Source: the human T2T-CHM13v2.0 reference genome, Homo sapiens
Reading direction: 5' to 3' (one strand)
DNA length: 64,000 nt
Assembly (NCBI RefSeq): GCF_009914755.1
Contig: NC_060932.1
In this document: piece after piece, positions 26,360 to 43,127 of the stretch
How positions within the stretch are numbered: the stretch's first letter is position 1
How the letters are laid out: each line of letters starts with the position of its first letter
Notes under the pieces: generated by a model
Databases searched by the model: none
What the model was told of the DNA's origin: nothing
The model's input: the letters and a program-made list of their open reading frames with translations, nothing else
Made by a program: the position numbers and the translations under genes

Positions 26360-27856
26360 TGTGTCCGCAATTGGTGGGTTCTTGGTCTCACTGACTTCAA
26401 GAATGAAGCCGCGGACCCTCGCGGTGTTACAGTTCTTGAAGGCGGCGTGTCCGGAGTTTGTTCCCTCTGATGTTCAGATGTGTTCGGAGTTTCTTCCTTC
26501 TGGTGGGTTCATGGTCTCGCTAGCTCAGGAGTGAAGCTGCAGACCTTCGCGGTGAGTGTTACGGCTCTTAAGGCGGCGCATGTGGAGTTGTTCGTTCCTC
26601 CCGGTAGGTTCATGGTCTCGCTGGCTCAGGAGTGAAGCTGCAGACCTCCACGGTATTACAGCTCATAAAACCAGTGTGGACCCAAAGAGTGAGCAGTAGC
26701 AAGATTTATTGCAAAGAGCGAAAGAACACAGCTCCCACAGTGTGGAAGGGGACCGGAGCGGGTTGCCAATGCTGGCTCGGGCAGCCTGCTTTTATTCTCT
26801 TATCTGGCCCCACCCACATCCTGCTGATTGGTAGAGCCGAGTGGCCTGTTTTGACAGGGCGCTGATTGGTGGTTTACAATCCCTGAGCTACATACAAAGG
26901 TTCTCCACGTCCCCATCAGATTAGTTAGATACAGAGTTTGGACACACAGGTTCTCCAAGGCCCCACCAGAGCAGCTAGATACAGAGTGTCGATTGGTGCA
27001 CTCACAAACCTTGAGCTAGACACAGGGTGCTGATTGGTGTGTTTACAAACCTTGAGCTAGACATAAATGTTCTCCAAGGCCCCACCAGAGCAGCTAGATA
27101 CAGAGTGTCGATTGGTGCACTCACAAACCTTGAGCTAGACACAGGGTGCTGATTGGTGTGTTTACAATCCCTAAGCTAGACATAAAGACTCTCCACGTCC
27201 CCACCAGACTCAGGAGCCCAGCTGGCTTCACCCAGTGGGTCCCGCACTGGGGCTGCAGGTGGAGCTGCCTGCCAGTCCTGCGCCATGCGCTCGCACTCCT
27301 CAGCCCTTGGGCGGTCGATGGGACTGGGCGCCGTGGAGCAGGGGGCGGTGCTCATCAGGGAGGCTCAGGCTGCACAGGAACCCACGGAGGCGGGGAAGGC
27401 TCAGGCATGGCAGGCTGCAGTCCCGAGGCCTGCCCCGCGGGAAGGCAGCTAAGGCCCGGCAAGAAATCGAGCGCAGCGCCGGTGGGCTGGCACCGGTGGG
27501 GGACCCAGTACAGCCTCCGCAGCAGCTGGCCCGGGTGCTAAGTCCGTCATTGCCCAGGGCCAGCAGGGCCGGCCGGCTGCTCCGAGTTTGGGGCCCGCCA
27601 AGCCCACGCCCACCCAGAACTCCAGCTGGCCCGCAAGCGCCGCACGCAGCCCTAGTTCCCGCTCGTGCCTCTCCCTCCACACCTCCCTGCAAGCTGAGGG
27701 AGTGGGCTCTGGCCTTGGCCAGCCGAGAAAGGGGCTCCCACAGTGCAGCGGTGGGCTGAAGGGCTCCTCAAGTGCCGCCAAAGTAGGAGCCCAGGCAGAG
27801 GAGGCGCTGAAAGCAAGCGAGGGCTGTGAGGACTGCCAGCACGCTGTCACCTCTCA
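26360..27856 (-). mobile_element. LTR12C (ERV9) solo LTR
   Basis: Minus strand starts tgagaggtgacagcgtgctggc and ends ccaattgcggacaca. 4-bp TSD caag, CpG-rich U3, tandem CCAAT repeats. Confidence 0.96.
26760..27200 (-). promoter_or_regulatory. LTR12C promoter/enhancer: six CCAAT boxes, GATA site, TATA-like AATAAAA
   Basis: On the + strand: gattgg at about 26826, 26864, 26991, 27032, 27110 and 27151; ttatct at 26800-26805; ttttatt at 26790-26796. Confidence 0.7.
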
Positions 27857-29004
27857 CAAGGACAGACTCCCAGCAGCCCAGCTACATCTAAAAGAACTGA
27901 AAAAAGATTTAAGCTGCTTCTCCCCACAGGAAGAGAGAGCTTGGAGCTGGAGCCCAGCCAAGTTAACTGCCTGCTAAACAACCTCAATGTCCTATGGAGA
28001 AACATAACAGAAGCCAGTTCTAGGATGTATCATTTACAACATTCAGAATACACTCCCAAATTAATAAGCCTATGAAGAAACAGGAAAATGTGACCAACAC
28101 TCAAGAGAAAAGTCAGTCAAGAAATACCAACCCTGAGATGAATTAGATGTTGGAGTTTGCAGAAAAAGATTTAAAGTAAACATTACGACTATGACCAAAG
28201 AAAAAAACGGTACCAATAAAAAAGCAAAAAAAGAAAGTTCAGTGGAGACACAGAAACTAAATTCCCAAATGGAAATCCTAGAAATAAAAACACAGATCAT
28301 TTGAAATTTTAAAATTTACAAATGAGCTCAAAAGTGGACTGGAGATGACAAAGGAGTCAGTGAACATGAAGACAGAGCAACAGAAATTATTCAATTTCAG
28401 AGACAGATACAAAAAAATACTGTTTCTTCCCTCCCACAAACAAAGTGAACAAAGGCTCAGTGACTTGCAGTGCAATATCAAAAGGTCTAACATAAGTGGA
28501 ATTAGAATGCCAGAAGGCAAGGATAAGTAAAAAGGTGCAAATGTATACCTGAAAATATAATGGCCAAAATTTTCCATCTTTAGCAAAAGATGCAACTCTA
28601 CAAATCTGTAACTTCAGTAAATACTAGGAAATGTAGATACAAATAAAACTAAATCCAGACACATCAAAGTCAATCTTCAGAAAACCAAATATAGTAAAAT
28701 TTTCAAAGCAACCAGAAAAAGATAACACATTATATACAGGGGAACAAAAATACAAAGGAAAGCTGACTTCTCATCAGAAACGATGGAGATGATTTTGCTG
28801 AGAGAGAGCATTAAAAAAAGAGAGAGAAAAATAAAGGAGAGAGGTCAGAAGTGGAACGATATCTTGAAAGTACCGAAAGAAAAAAAAAACAGAACTATAT
28901 CCAGCAAAAATATCCTTCCAGAATAAAGGTAAACTAAAATCATTTTTTATAATAACCTGAGATAATCAGTCACCAGCAGACATACACTGGAAGATATCCG
29001 AAAG

Positions 29005-29219
29005 CAGGGATTGGCTAACATTTTCTGTAAAAGGGCGAAGAGTAAATATTTTAGGCTTTGCAGTCTCTGTCACAACTGCACAATTCTACTACTACGGTGC
29101 AAAAGCAGTCATTAAAAAACATAAACAAATGAGCAAAGCAGTGTTCCAATAAAGCTTTATTGATTAAAAACAGGTGGACCACATTTGGCCCATAGGCTTC
29201 CAAAGTTTGCTGATCCCTG
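29005..29219. mobile_element. MER58A
   Basis: cagggattggctaacattttctgtaaaaggg...agtttgctgatccctg. Confidence 0.85.
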
Positions 29220-29584
29220 GGCTAAAGAAAATTCTGCAGCTAAAGGAAAGTGATACCACAAGTGGAAAGCTGAGTGTCCAGAAAAGAAAAAAGAACTGTA
29301 GATATCATATTAATATATACCTGGATAAATATAAAACACTGTTTTTCCCTCTTTACTTCCATAATATACATGAGACTGCTTAAAGCACAAAACCCTGTAT
29401 TGTAGGGCTTATAACATGTAAATACAGTAACATGACAACTGTAGCATAAAAGACTACAAGTGCTTACATTTTACATAAGGTAGTACAATAGAAAGGATGT
29501 GTATTGTGACTCCAAAATCACCTCTAAGAAATAAAATAGTGCAAAAACAAATAGTTAAAGACCCCAAAGAAATGTTATGATAGT

Positions 29585-29998
29585 TTTTAAAAATTTATTA
29601 ATATATAACAGATGGACCTATTTGGGGAGTACATGTGACATTTTGATACAATCATATATAATCTATAATTATCAAATCAAGGTAATTGGGATGCCCACCA
29701 CTTTAAACATTTATCTTTTCTTTATGTTGGGAACATTTGAATTATTATCTTCTAGCTATTCTGAAATATACAGTAGATTACTGTTTACTATCAACCTACT
29801 GAATTGTACAACATTAGGTCTTATTTCTTCTATATAACTGTATTTTTGTACCCATTAACCAATCTCACTTCATCCCCTCCTACCCTGGTACCCTTCTCAG
29901 CCTCTGACAACCGAAGACTATTCAGCCATAGAAAAGAATGAAATCCTGTCATCTGCAGCAACATGGACAGAACTGGAGGTCATTATGTTAAGTAAAAT
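29585..29998 (-). mobile_element. 5'-inverted truncated L1MA
   Basis: 3'UTR on the minus strand (29585-29912) joined to an upstream L1 segment on the plus strand (29913-29998). Confidence 0.75.
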
Positions 29999-31260
29999 GA
30001 AATTTTTTAAAGGATGCACTTAACCCAAGAGAAAGCAAAAATGGAAGATAGAAGAACAAAAAACAGATAAGCAAACAGAAAACAAAGAGTAAAATGGTAG
30101 GCCTAAATCCAATCATATCAATAGTTATTGTAAATGCCAGTGAACTAGATACTCCAGTTAAGAGGCAGAAATTATTTGAATAGATAAAAGTTTAAGACCC
30201 AAGGATGTGTTGCCTAAAAGAGACAAACTAAATATGACACAGGTAAGTTGAAACTAAGAAGGAAAAAGATATAGCATGCAACCATAAGCGTAAGAATGCT
30301 GGAGTGATATTAACTTCAAATAAAGTAAACAAAGAGCATTACCAGTGATAAAGAAGGATATTTCACAATGATACAAAGTCCAGTTCATCAGGAAAATGTA
30401 GCATTCATTGTGTTTTAATTACAGAGCTTCAAAATTCATGAAACAAAAATTGACAAAACTGCAGGAAGAAATAGACAAATCCACAATAATAGCTAGAGAT
30501 TTTAACAGCTCTCTCAGCAATTGATAGAACCACTAAACAAAAAAATCAGTACATAGAAGATCTAAATAACACTGTCAACCACCCTGACCTAAATGACACA
30601 GAACACAACTCCACTGGCAAAATATGCATTCTTTTAAGTGCACTTGGTACATCCACTATGACAGACTATAAGACAAGCCATAAAATGAGTCCCAAATTTC
30701 AAAGGATTGAAATCTTACAGAATATGTTCTTAACCGTAATGGAATTAAGCTTAAAAAGACCAGTAACTTTCTAATTTCTATTTGGAAATTTAACAATGCA
30801 CTCCTATGTAATCCATAGTCAAAGAAGAAATCATGATATATGACACTAATATTATTACATGCTTGTCTCCTTTACTAAAGTGTGAGATCCTAGTAAATAG
30901 GACATACTAGATATCACAGATTATTTATAATTCTTCTCTTAACCCCCAGTTCCTTGTATAACTACTTCTACAAACTATTCTGTTTCAGAACACCTGTTAT
31001 TTCTTTCTAAACAAATTATTTTCTGAGAGGGGAGGTGTAAATCTGTTAACCTCTTACTTATAAAACTCTTCCCCTCTTCCTTTCCTTTTGTGAGATTTCA
31101 CTTATTTCTCTACTAAACTTTCGATGGTCTTTCCCAGTTACTTTTCCTATTACCTATCCTCTCCTCTAACTTTAGAAACATATCAAAGCTCTTTTGTTTA
31201 TATGGTTTTGTTAATTTCATTACATGTATTTGTTGACCAGAGAATTAAACTCCATCTTTA

Positions 31261-31570
<310 letters not shown>

Positions 31571-32151
31571 GACATTATCATAACTAATGGCTTCAACTAT
31601 AACTTCAACACATTCAATAACTAATGTAGAACAACCCTATGGTATTCTTCTAAAACCAACTTCCCTCTAAATTGTCCAAGATAATGGCATTTCAAAGATT
31701 AGTCATTTTTGATTTTCCCTTTTTCGTCAACTTTGTCAAATCAATCATTAAGCCTTCTCTATTCTTCTTTAAATACATGTTCTCATTTCATTGTGTCATC
31801 TTGCTATAAAAAATGAAAAGAAGGAATGAATGGGTTATAAAAAGTAGTTAAGAAACTGAATCTGCCAGAAATAATCTACTTAATGTGGCAGCAACACATT
31901 TTTTGAAATATGTTATATTTTTTTTTCTTTTTTTTAATTTTATTATTATTACACTTTAAGTTTTAGGGTACATGTGCACAACGTGCAGGTGTGTTACATA
32001 TGTAGCCATGTGCCATGTTGGTGTGCTGCACCCATTAACTAGTCATTTAGCATTAGGTATATCTCCTAATGGTATCCCTCCCCCATCCCCCACTCCACAA
32101 CAGCCCCCGGTGTGTGATGTTCCCCTTCCTGTGTCCATGTGTTCTCATTGT

Positions 32152-35973
<3,822 letters not shown>

Positions 35974-36036
35974 TATGATGTTAGCTGGTTATTCTGCTCG
36001 TTAGTTGATGCAGTTTCTTCCTAGCAGTGATGGTCT

Positions 36037-37053
36037 TTACAATTTGGCATGTTTTTGCAGTGGCTGGTACCGGTTGTTCCTTTCGATGTTTAGTGCTTCC
36101 TTCAGGAGCTCTTGTAGGGCAGGCCTGGTAGTGACAAAATCTCTCAGCATTTGCTTGTCTGTAAATGATTTTATTTCTCCTTCGCTTATGAAGCTTAGTT
36201 TGGCTGGATATGAAATTCTGGGTTGAAAATTCCTTTCTTTAAGAATGTTGAATATTGGCCCCCACTCTCTTCTTGCTTGTAGAGTTTCTGCCGAGAGATC
36301 CACTGTTAGTCTGATGGGCTTCCCTTTGTGGGTAACCCGACCTTTCTCTCTGGCTGCCCTTAACATTTTTTCCTTCATTTCAACTTTGGTGAATCTGACA
36401 ATTATGTGTCTTGGAGTTGCTCTTCTCGAGGAGTATCCTTGTGGCGTTCTCTGTATTTCCTGAATTTGAATGTTGGCCTGCCTTGCTAGATTGGGGAAGT
36501 TCTCCTGGATAATATCCTGCAGAGTGTTTTCCAACTTGGTTCCATTCTCCCCGTCACTTTCAGGTACACCAATCAGACGCAGATTTGGTCTTTTCACATA
36601 GTCCCATATTTCTTGGAGGCTTTGTTCATTTCTTTTCACTCTTTTTTCTCTAAACTTCTCTTATCACTTCATTTCATTCATTTCATCTTCCATCGCTGAT
36701 ACCCTTTCTTCCAGTTGATCACATTGACTACTGAGGCTTGTGCATTCATCACATAGTTCTCGTGCCGTGGTTTTCAGCTCCATCAGGTCCTTTAAGGACT
36801 TCTCTGCATTGGTTATTCTAGTTAGCCATTCGTCTAATTTTTTTTCAAGGTTTTTAACTTCTTTACCATTGGTTTGAACTTCCTCCTTTAGCTCGGAGTA
36901 GTTCGATCTTCTGAAGCCTTCTTCTCTCAACTCGTCAAAGTAATTCTCCATCCAGCTTTGTTCCGTTGCTGGTGAGGAGCTGCGTTCCTTTGGAGGAGGA
37001 GAGGTGCTCTGAGTTTTAGAGTTTCTGGTTTTTCTGCTCTGTTTTTTCCCCAT
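36037..37053 (-). pseudogene. L1 ORF1p, disrupted
   Basis: MGKKQSRKT...QKHAKL, 1017 nt in one frame, with adjacent TGA TAA at 36661-36666. Confidence 0.93.
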
Positions 37054-37628
37054 CTTTGTGGTTTTATCCACCTTTGGTCTTTGATGATGGTGACATACAG
37101 ATGGGTTTTTGGAGTGGATGTCCTTTCTGTTTGTTAGTTTTCCTTCTAACACTCATGACCCTTGGCTGCAGGTCTGTTGGAGTTCGCTGGAGGTCCACTC
37201 CTGACCCTGTTTGCCTGGGTATCAGCAGCGGTGGCTGCAGAACAGCGGATATTCGTGAACCACAAATGCTGCTGCTTGATCGTTCCTCTGGAAGTTTTGT
37301 CTCAGAGGAGTACCCGGCTGTGTGAGGTGTCAGTCCACCCTTACTGCGGGATGCCTCCCAGTTAGGCTACTCGGGGGTCAGGGACCCACTTGAGGAGGTA
37401 GTCTGCCCATTCTCAGATCTCAAGCTGCGTGCTGGGAGAACCACTACTCTCTTCAAAGCTGTCAGACAGGGACATTTAAGTCTGCAGAGGTTACTGCTGC
37501 CTTTTGTTTGTCTGTGCCATGCCCCCAGAGGTGGAGCCTACAGAGGCAGGCAGGCCTCCTTGAGCTGTGGTGGGCTCCACCCAGTTCAAGCTTCCAGGCC
37601 GCTTCGTTTACCTACTCAAGCCTCGGCA

Positions 37629-37955
37629 ATGGCGGGCACCCCTCCCCCAGCCTCGCTGCCGCCTTGCAGTTTGATCTCAGACTGCTGTGCTAGCAATGAT
37701 CGAGCCTCCGTGGGCACAGGATCCTCCGAGCCAGTTGCGGGATATAATCTCCTGGTGTGCCATTTGTTAAGCCTGTTGGAAAAGCGCAGTATTAGGGTGG
37801 GAGTGACCCAATTTTCCAGGTGCCGTCTGTCACCCCTTTCTTTGACTAGGAAAGGGAATTCCCTGACCCCTTGCAGTTCCCGGGTGAGGCGATGCCTCAC
37901 CCTGCTTTGGCTCACGCACTGTGCGCTGCACACACTGTCTGGCACTCCCCAGTGA
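37629..37955 (+). CDS. L1 antisense ORF0-like frame, open for 108 codons
   Basis: gcaATGg start; MAGTPPPASLPPCSLISDCCASN... matches L1 ORF0. Expression unknown. Confidence 0.45.
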   Translation: MAGTPPPASLPPCSLISDCCASNDRASVGTGSSEPVAGYNLLVCHLLSLLEKRSIRVGVTQFSRCRLSPLSLTRKGNSLTPCSSRVRRCLTLLWLTHCALHTLSGTPQ

Positions 37956-38280
37956 GATGAACCTGGTACCTCAGTTGGAAATGCAGAAATCACCCGTCTT
38001 CTGTGTCACTCACAATGGGAGCTGTAGACTGGAGCTGTTACTATTGAGCCATCTTGGCTCCACTCCCTGAAATATGTTATTCCTTCTCTAAAAGTAGATG
38101 GTATCTTCACCTCAACAAAAGCAAAAGTGACAAATCCAGTATAAACATCATTTTTGCCTTTGGCAAATTAATGGTGCAGAGGGATGTAGACATTTCTAAG
38201 AACAAGGTGGAATCAGGTGACAATTCAGATCTTTCTGTCAGCAAAACTGAACTGCTGGCCTTGTAAAATATATGTGAAAG

Positions 38281-38565
38281 CAGTGTTTCGAAAACCATCG
38301 GTGGTGAAGACCAGTTTTGCTTGTTTTTTGATTTTCAATCAGTCATGAGCAAATACTTTTATGAAACACAGTAAGAATGAATTTCAAGACATGTAAAATA
38401 CAAGTTCAATTTTCATATTATAAAATTCAATAAATCATTATTCTGTCAAATTCCTACAAGTTTCTAAATGCTGACTTTCACTTTCTGTACTTATCCATTG
38501 CAGGTTACTAACAAACAGTTCACTGCACTGCACTGATAATGTGGACCACACTTTTAAAAATGCTG
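38281..38565. mobile_element. hAT-Charlie MITE remnant
   Basis: Ends cagtgtttcgaaaa / ggaccacacttttaaaaatgctg. Confidence 0.55.
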
Positions 38566-40785
38566 TATTAAAGGACTCACCCCAAAATTTAAAAAGTCTC
38601 AGTCTTACCAGACCTCATCCAAACCTAGTATCTACTAAGCAAGATAGAAGTTAGGCAAAGACGTTGAGGCAGAATTCCTGAAACAGGGGATAAGGGATAG
38701 ACTCCAGAATAAAATTTCTTCATGGCAATATTTCCATGCCATAGCAGTGGTCAGAACAGCCCCACACACACAGACTAGAGCTAGCCTCTTTGAAAGGGTT
38801 ATGAGTATGAACTGCCTGCATGGAAAAATGCATGTACATGCGTGTGCATGTTTATGTCTAGTGAGTATACATGTGTAGATGTGAATTAAACATCATGATT
38901 AATCTATCTAATGAAAAGAACAACTCAATTTGGCTGTAATTCTTAAGGCTTTCTGATGAAAAGTATATCACTGTAAAAATACAATTCACTTTATCTGACA
39001 TATAATGTAGGCTTTTGACTAAGCAGAGCCCAGAAGAGAAATCAAATGCACAACAAACAGATGTAAAACTCTAGGCAACAAAGATGATCTTCAATGTCTT
39101 TATCAGTCACAGCCCCAAAACATCCTAATTTATTTTAGGACCTAAAGATTGACAAATCAGTTTAACCAACAGCAGTAATATATGCAGAGACCTGGAGTAC
39201 AGCATGCACTATGAATAAGTGAGATTGACATTTTCAAAAATAAAATTCATCCAGCCAAATGGAAAAATAATAACAATCATTAGCAGCTGCTAGATTTGTT
39301 CAGCTCACAGTAGCTCAGCAAGTTTTCTAAAGCCTCCCACAAAAAAAAAATTTCCCTGAGTTTTAGGATGTGTCTATACTATCTTCAAATAACCTCATCA
39401 GTAAAATCTTTTTTAAAGGTTACAGGAATTTGAAAATTACTTTAAAAATCATCATTGTTAAAATCAGTTTGATGGTATAAATCAAATGGCTTTACTATGT
39501 CTTTATCAATGGCTCAATTTTAGTTCCACTGTACATATCAAAATTGTGGATGTCTAAAGATGTTCTTCTTTCTGCTCTCAGCATATTCACATAATAAGTG
39601 CATTACCCCAAATTTAGCATATGAGAATCTAAAAAAAACTAATATTTCTGCCATTGGACTGGGTCTATTTTAAATATTCTGAAACCCAAAATTAGACAAT
39701 AGAAGCCCATAAATTATTAAATTCTATGCATTATAAGTAAAAATTTGAAATTATAAATATAGTTTAAATGAGATTTTTAAATCTTGCTAAATATTAGTAA
39801 CATATTCATGCTGTCTCTTTTAAATCAAACAAAACAGCACTAGATCTTTACCTGGGCTTAATATTAACTTAGCAAGAATCCAACTTACAGAGATAAAGAG
39901 GAAAACTGTTATTATTCCATGATTTTATGGAGAAAAGGGCAGGGAAATAAATACATACTGTATATTTACTATTGCAGACACTTTAACTGTTATTTCATGG
40001 ATTCCTTACCTAATGTTTAAATGAGTTAAGTACCATCTACCACCTTTCACCATAAAGAAACTAGCTCTGGGAGTTCAAGCCACTCTCCCAACACTAAACA
40101 ATCAAGTGCTGGAATTCACACCTAGGTCTATCCACTCCAGAGAGACTCTTGTCTATCCTTCTACTGCGCCATTATGAAACAGTTACACTACTCTATTTCT
40201 CAGATTTCCATAAAGGTACATAATTAATTCAGAAAGCTCCCAAATGAGGTCAAAAGAAAAAACTTAGGAATCTCAGTCTGGCTCTACACTTATGGTGACT
40301 TTTTGAGCTTTGTATACCGTAAACACAGTGACTTCATCAAGTTACGCTATCAAAACAAAGGTTTAAACAAAATGCAAAGGTTCTGAGAAAAGGTATTCTA
40401 TCTTATGCATCTTTCCATATACTCAGTAACCAACAAATTGCCTTACATATATTTGGTCTTCAATAAACATCTGATGCACTGATAGATGAATAAATACAAG
40501 AGGAAGAATGGGAGAGAAAAGGAGAAGGAAGAACTTAAAGGCAGGATTCAATTAATATCAACTAATATCTCTCTTCTGTGATATTACAGTATTAGATACA
40601 TGCTTCCAATAACCTTTTTATTTTACCTAATGATTCAGTGAAAAACAAAGGAAGAGAGGAGGAACTAAGTGGGGACAAAAAAGTAGGGTATGTGGGAAGC
40701 TTGGATAGAATATCATATAATGATTAAAGCAGCTTTTGCTGGGCTTTAGATTAAATCTCAGCCCATTATTAAAAATTAGTACCTG

Positions 40786-40891
40786 GGCCAGGCACGGTGG
40801 CTCACACCTGTAATCCCAGCACTTTGGGAGGCCGAAGCAGGCACTCTAGCCTGGGCAATAGAGCAAGACTCTGTCTCAAAAAGAAAAAAAA
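40786..40891 (+). mobile_element. Alu with most of its interior deleted
   Basis: First ~58 nt of Alu fused to the last ~35 nt plus A tail; TSD atta(g/a)tacctg. Confidence 0.9.
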
Positions 40892-43043
40892 TTATTAATA
40901 CCTGGTTTTTCATAGAAACTTGCAGCACTTAAAATATTCTAAATAATACCTTTAAAAGCCATGTAGTCTCTTGAAACTGAGAGGAAAAGATATAAGGGAA
41001 AGATACATTCTTTGAAACAACAGGACAGCTAAAATAAGACCCTGACTTCTATTACAGCTCTTTCCCATACGTCTATTTCACCTTAAATAGACAAGTTATT
41101 AACAAATTATTAAAAGCCTATAACAAGAAATAATTATAAATTTTTACAATCTTTTACAATTTGAAAAATAGATATTTTCATTTCAAAAAATATATAACAT
41201 ACAGAAAAGAACAGGTAGAGGTAAATGGAAAAATAGTACTATTCACTTCCACATTAACTAATTAGGAAACTGCTGACCTTTCTATTGCCCCTAAGGGAAA
41301 GTCACACAAAAGATAATAAAAACAATAATAATTCATCTTTCTAGGATAATCTAATAGCAAAGACATTGAGTCAAATGTAACCATCTTTCCTAACAGTTTA
41401 GCAGTTACAAAATATATCTCCTTTTCTGAAAAAAGCTTTCAGTACCAAGTTTATTAACAACTTCCAATTTAGACAAAAGTCCATGTGCTAACAGAAAACA
41501 GGGACCCTCTCTCTCTAGTCTTGCTTTCTGTTATATGTTCATCTAATTAAGTAAACATGTTTTTACTTCTCTCTTAATTTTTAAAATGTGAACATTCAGT
41601 AACTGGGCCAGTCTTTACCTCCAGGTTAACTTTTTCATTGGATGGCAATTCCCTTGTAAATAACACACTTGCGTTCCAAAAGACTTTTCACTATTCTTTC
41701 TGTCTAGGTAACATCCAAAGACAAACCCCACAGAGACAACTATATGAACCCAGTGTTCACATAACCTGAAGTAAGTTTACCATGACTGCTGTAGCCCTGG
41801 TGCCAACAACCACCCCACGACCAGCCCTTTATACAGTCACAAATATTTACTGAGGGTCCATTAGGCACCAAAGGTTCATTTAGCACATATTTTTCGAAGG
41901 GTATTATCATGTGAGTATCAACAAAGTAATAGATGTAGGAGAGATGATATTACTCTCACAGGACACACGAAAAAAACTAAAGCACGGAGAGGCTAAGCAA
42001 CTTGGCCAAAGCCTGGAGGCCAGCCCAAGAGCCCAGCGAACCTGACTGCCACTGCACATGCCAGCACACTCACTACAGGCCTGAGTGCATACAGACTTTG
42101 TAGTGAGGAGGGCCAAGCATGATCCACCCAAATCATGAAGAGATGAGATTTCAAAGACTCCTTCAGCTATTTAGTGCCTATCGTAATTCATCCAGAGTTG
42201 AAGCCTAGTTGTAGTAAAGGAACAGAGATTATAAACTGCAGGTTTTAAAACGTCAAGGGGGCTCCGTATGTGGGAGTGATATTGTGGGTAATTTACAATT
42301 TTACTTAATATTTTTCTATTGTATCTTTTTAACCATAAAACCACATTATTTTTATAACAGTAAAAGATCAAACTAGCTCTATTTTTGCAAATGGTAGATG
42401 CTTAATTTACACTAAAAGATTTTGGCAAAATAAAGGCTCCTGTGACAATGGTAGAATTAAAAAAAAGGAAAGACAAGGGAGAAACTCAAAACTAAGACAA
42501 ATGGAACAGAAGGAGCATTAAGCCCTCAGAGAATAAATTTATTGAGTTGAAAAGATGCAATATCTATTTTGCCACAGTGAACAAATTTAAAAGAAGAATC
42601 AGCTCTTATTCCATGTTCCCTCAGAGCAGGAGAGCACAGAATAAAGTGCTAAAACTAGATCTGACAAAGGGTCTTATTAGAAGGTGCCATGCTTCAGTGA
42701 GTGATGCCCAAGAGTGTGAGCACAAGTTAGTGTCAGGTGATAACCAGGATGACTGAAATATTCATGTTGGCCCCACTAGTTCTATGCCCAGAGTGGTAGG
42801 GGCAAAAGATCCATTCACAGAACAAGTCTGTGCCTTCAGAAAGTAAACAGCCACAAATCCCAGGATTGCATCTTCAAGAGCCAGATTTATGTGCTCCATT
42901 TACTCTCTCAGAAGTCACCTGGGTCAGGGAAAGGAATAACAAGTCCTACAAGCACAAACTACTGATGATTCCAGAAGATTCTTTCTTCACTTGTTAACAT
43001 TCAACCTCTCCCCACCGTTGCACTTCCAAGATAACTATTCCTG

Positions 43044-43127
43044 GTTCAAAAGGCCCCTTGAGCCCTCTCTTCTCCTCACATCCCCGTTCAAAAGGCCCCT
43101 CGGGCCCTGTCTCCTCCTCACACCCCT
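43044..43127. repeat. 42-bp tandem duplication (2 copies)
   Basis: gttcaaaaggcccct.g.gccct.tct.ctcctcaca.ccc twice, 6 mismatches. Confidence 0.9.

Larger units (their letters stand above)
24720..30835 (+). mobile_element. old L1M 5'UTR/ORF1/ORF2-endonuclease fragments, interrupted by LTR12C, MER58A and an L1MA
   Basis: ORF1-like peptide in track ORF 28345..28530 (EQRLSDLQCNIKRSNI..I.MPEG); endonuclease-like sequence at 30100-30830. Confidence 0.75.

Noticed and set aside
27146-27977. Long overlapping GC-rich ORFs (129-174 aa) and CpG island-like patch
   Set aside because: They lie almost entirely within LTR12C U3; stop-poor frames are expected from its composition.
38815-38885. Cluster of TGCATG (RBFOX) motifs
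   Set aside because: They are on the strand opposite the transcript, in low-complexity RY sequence far from exons.
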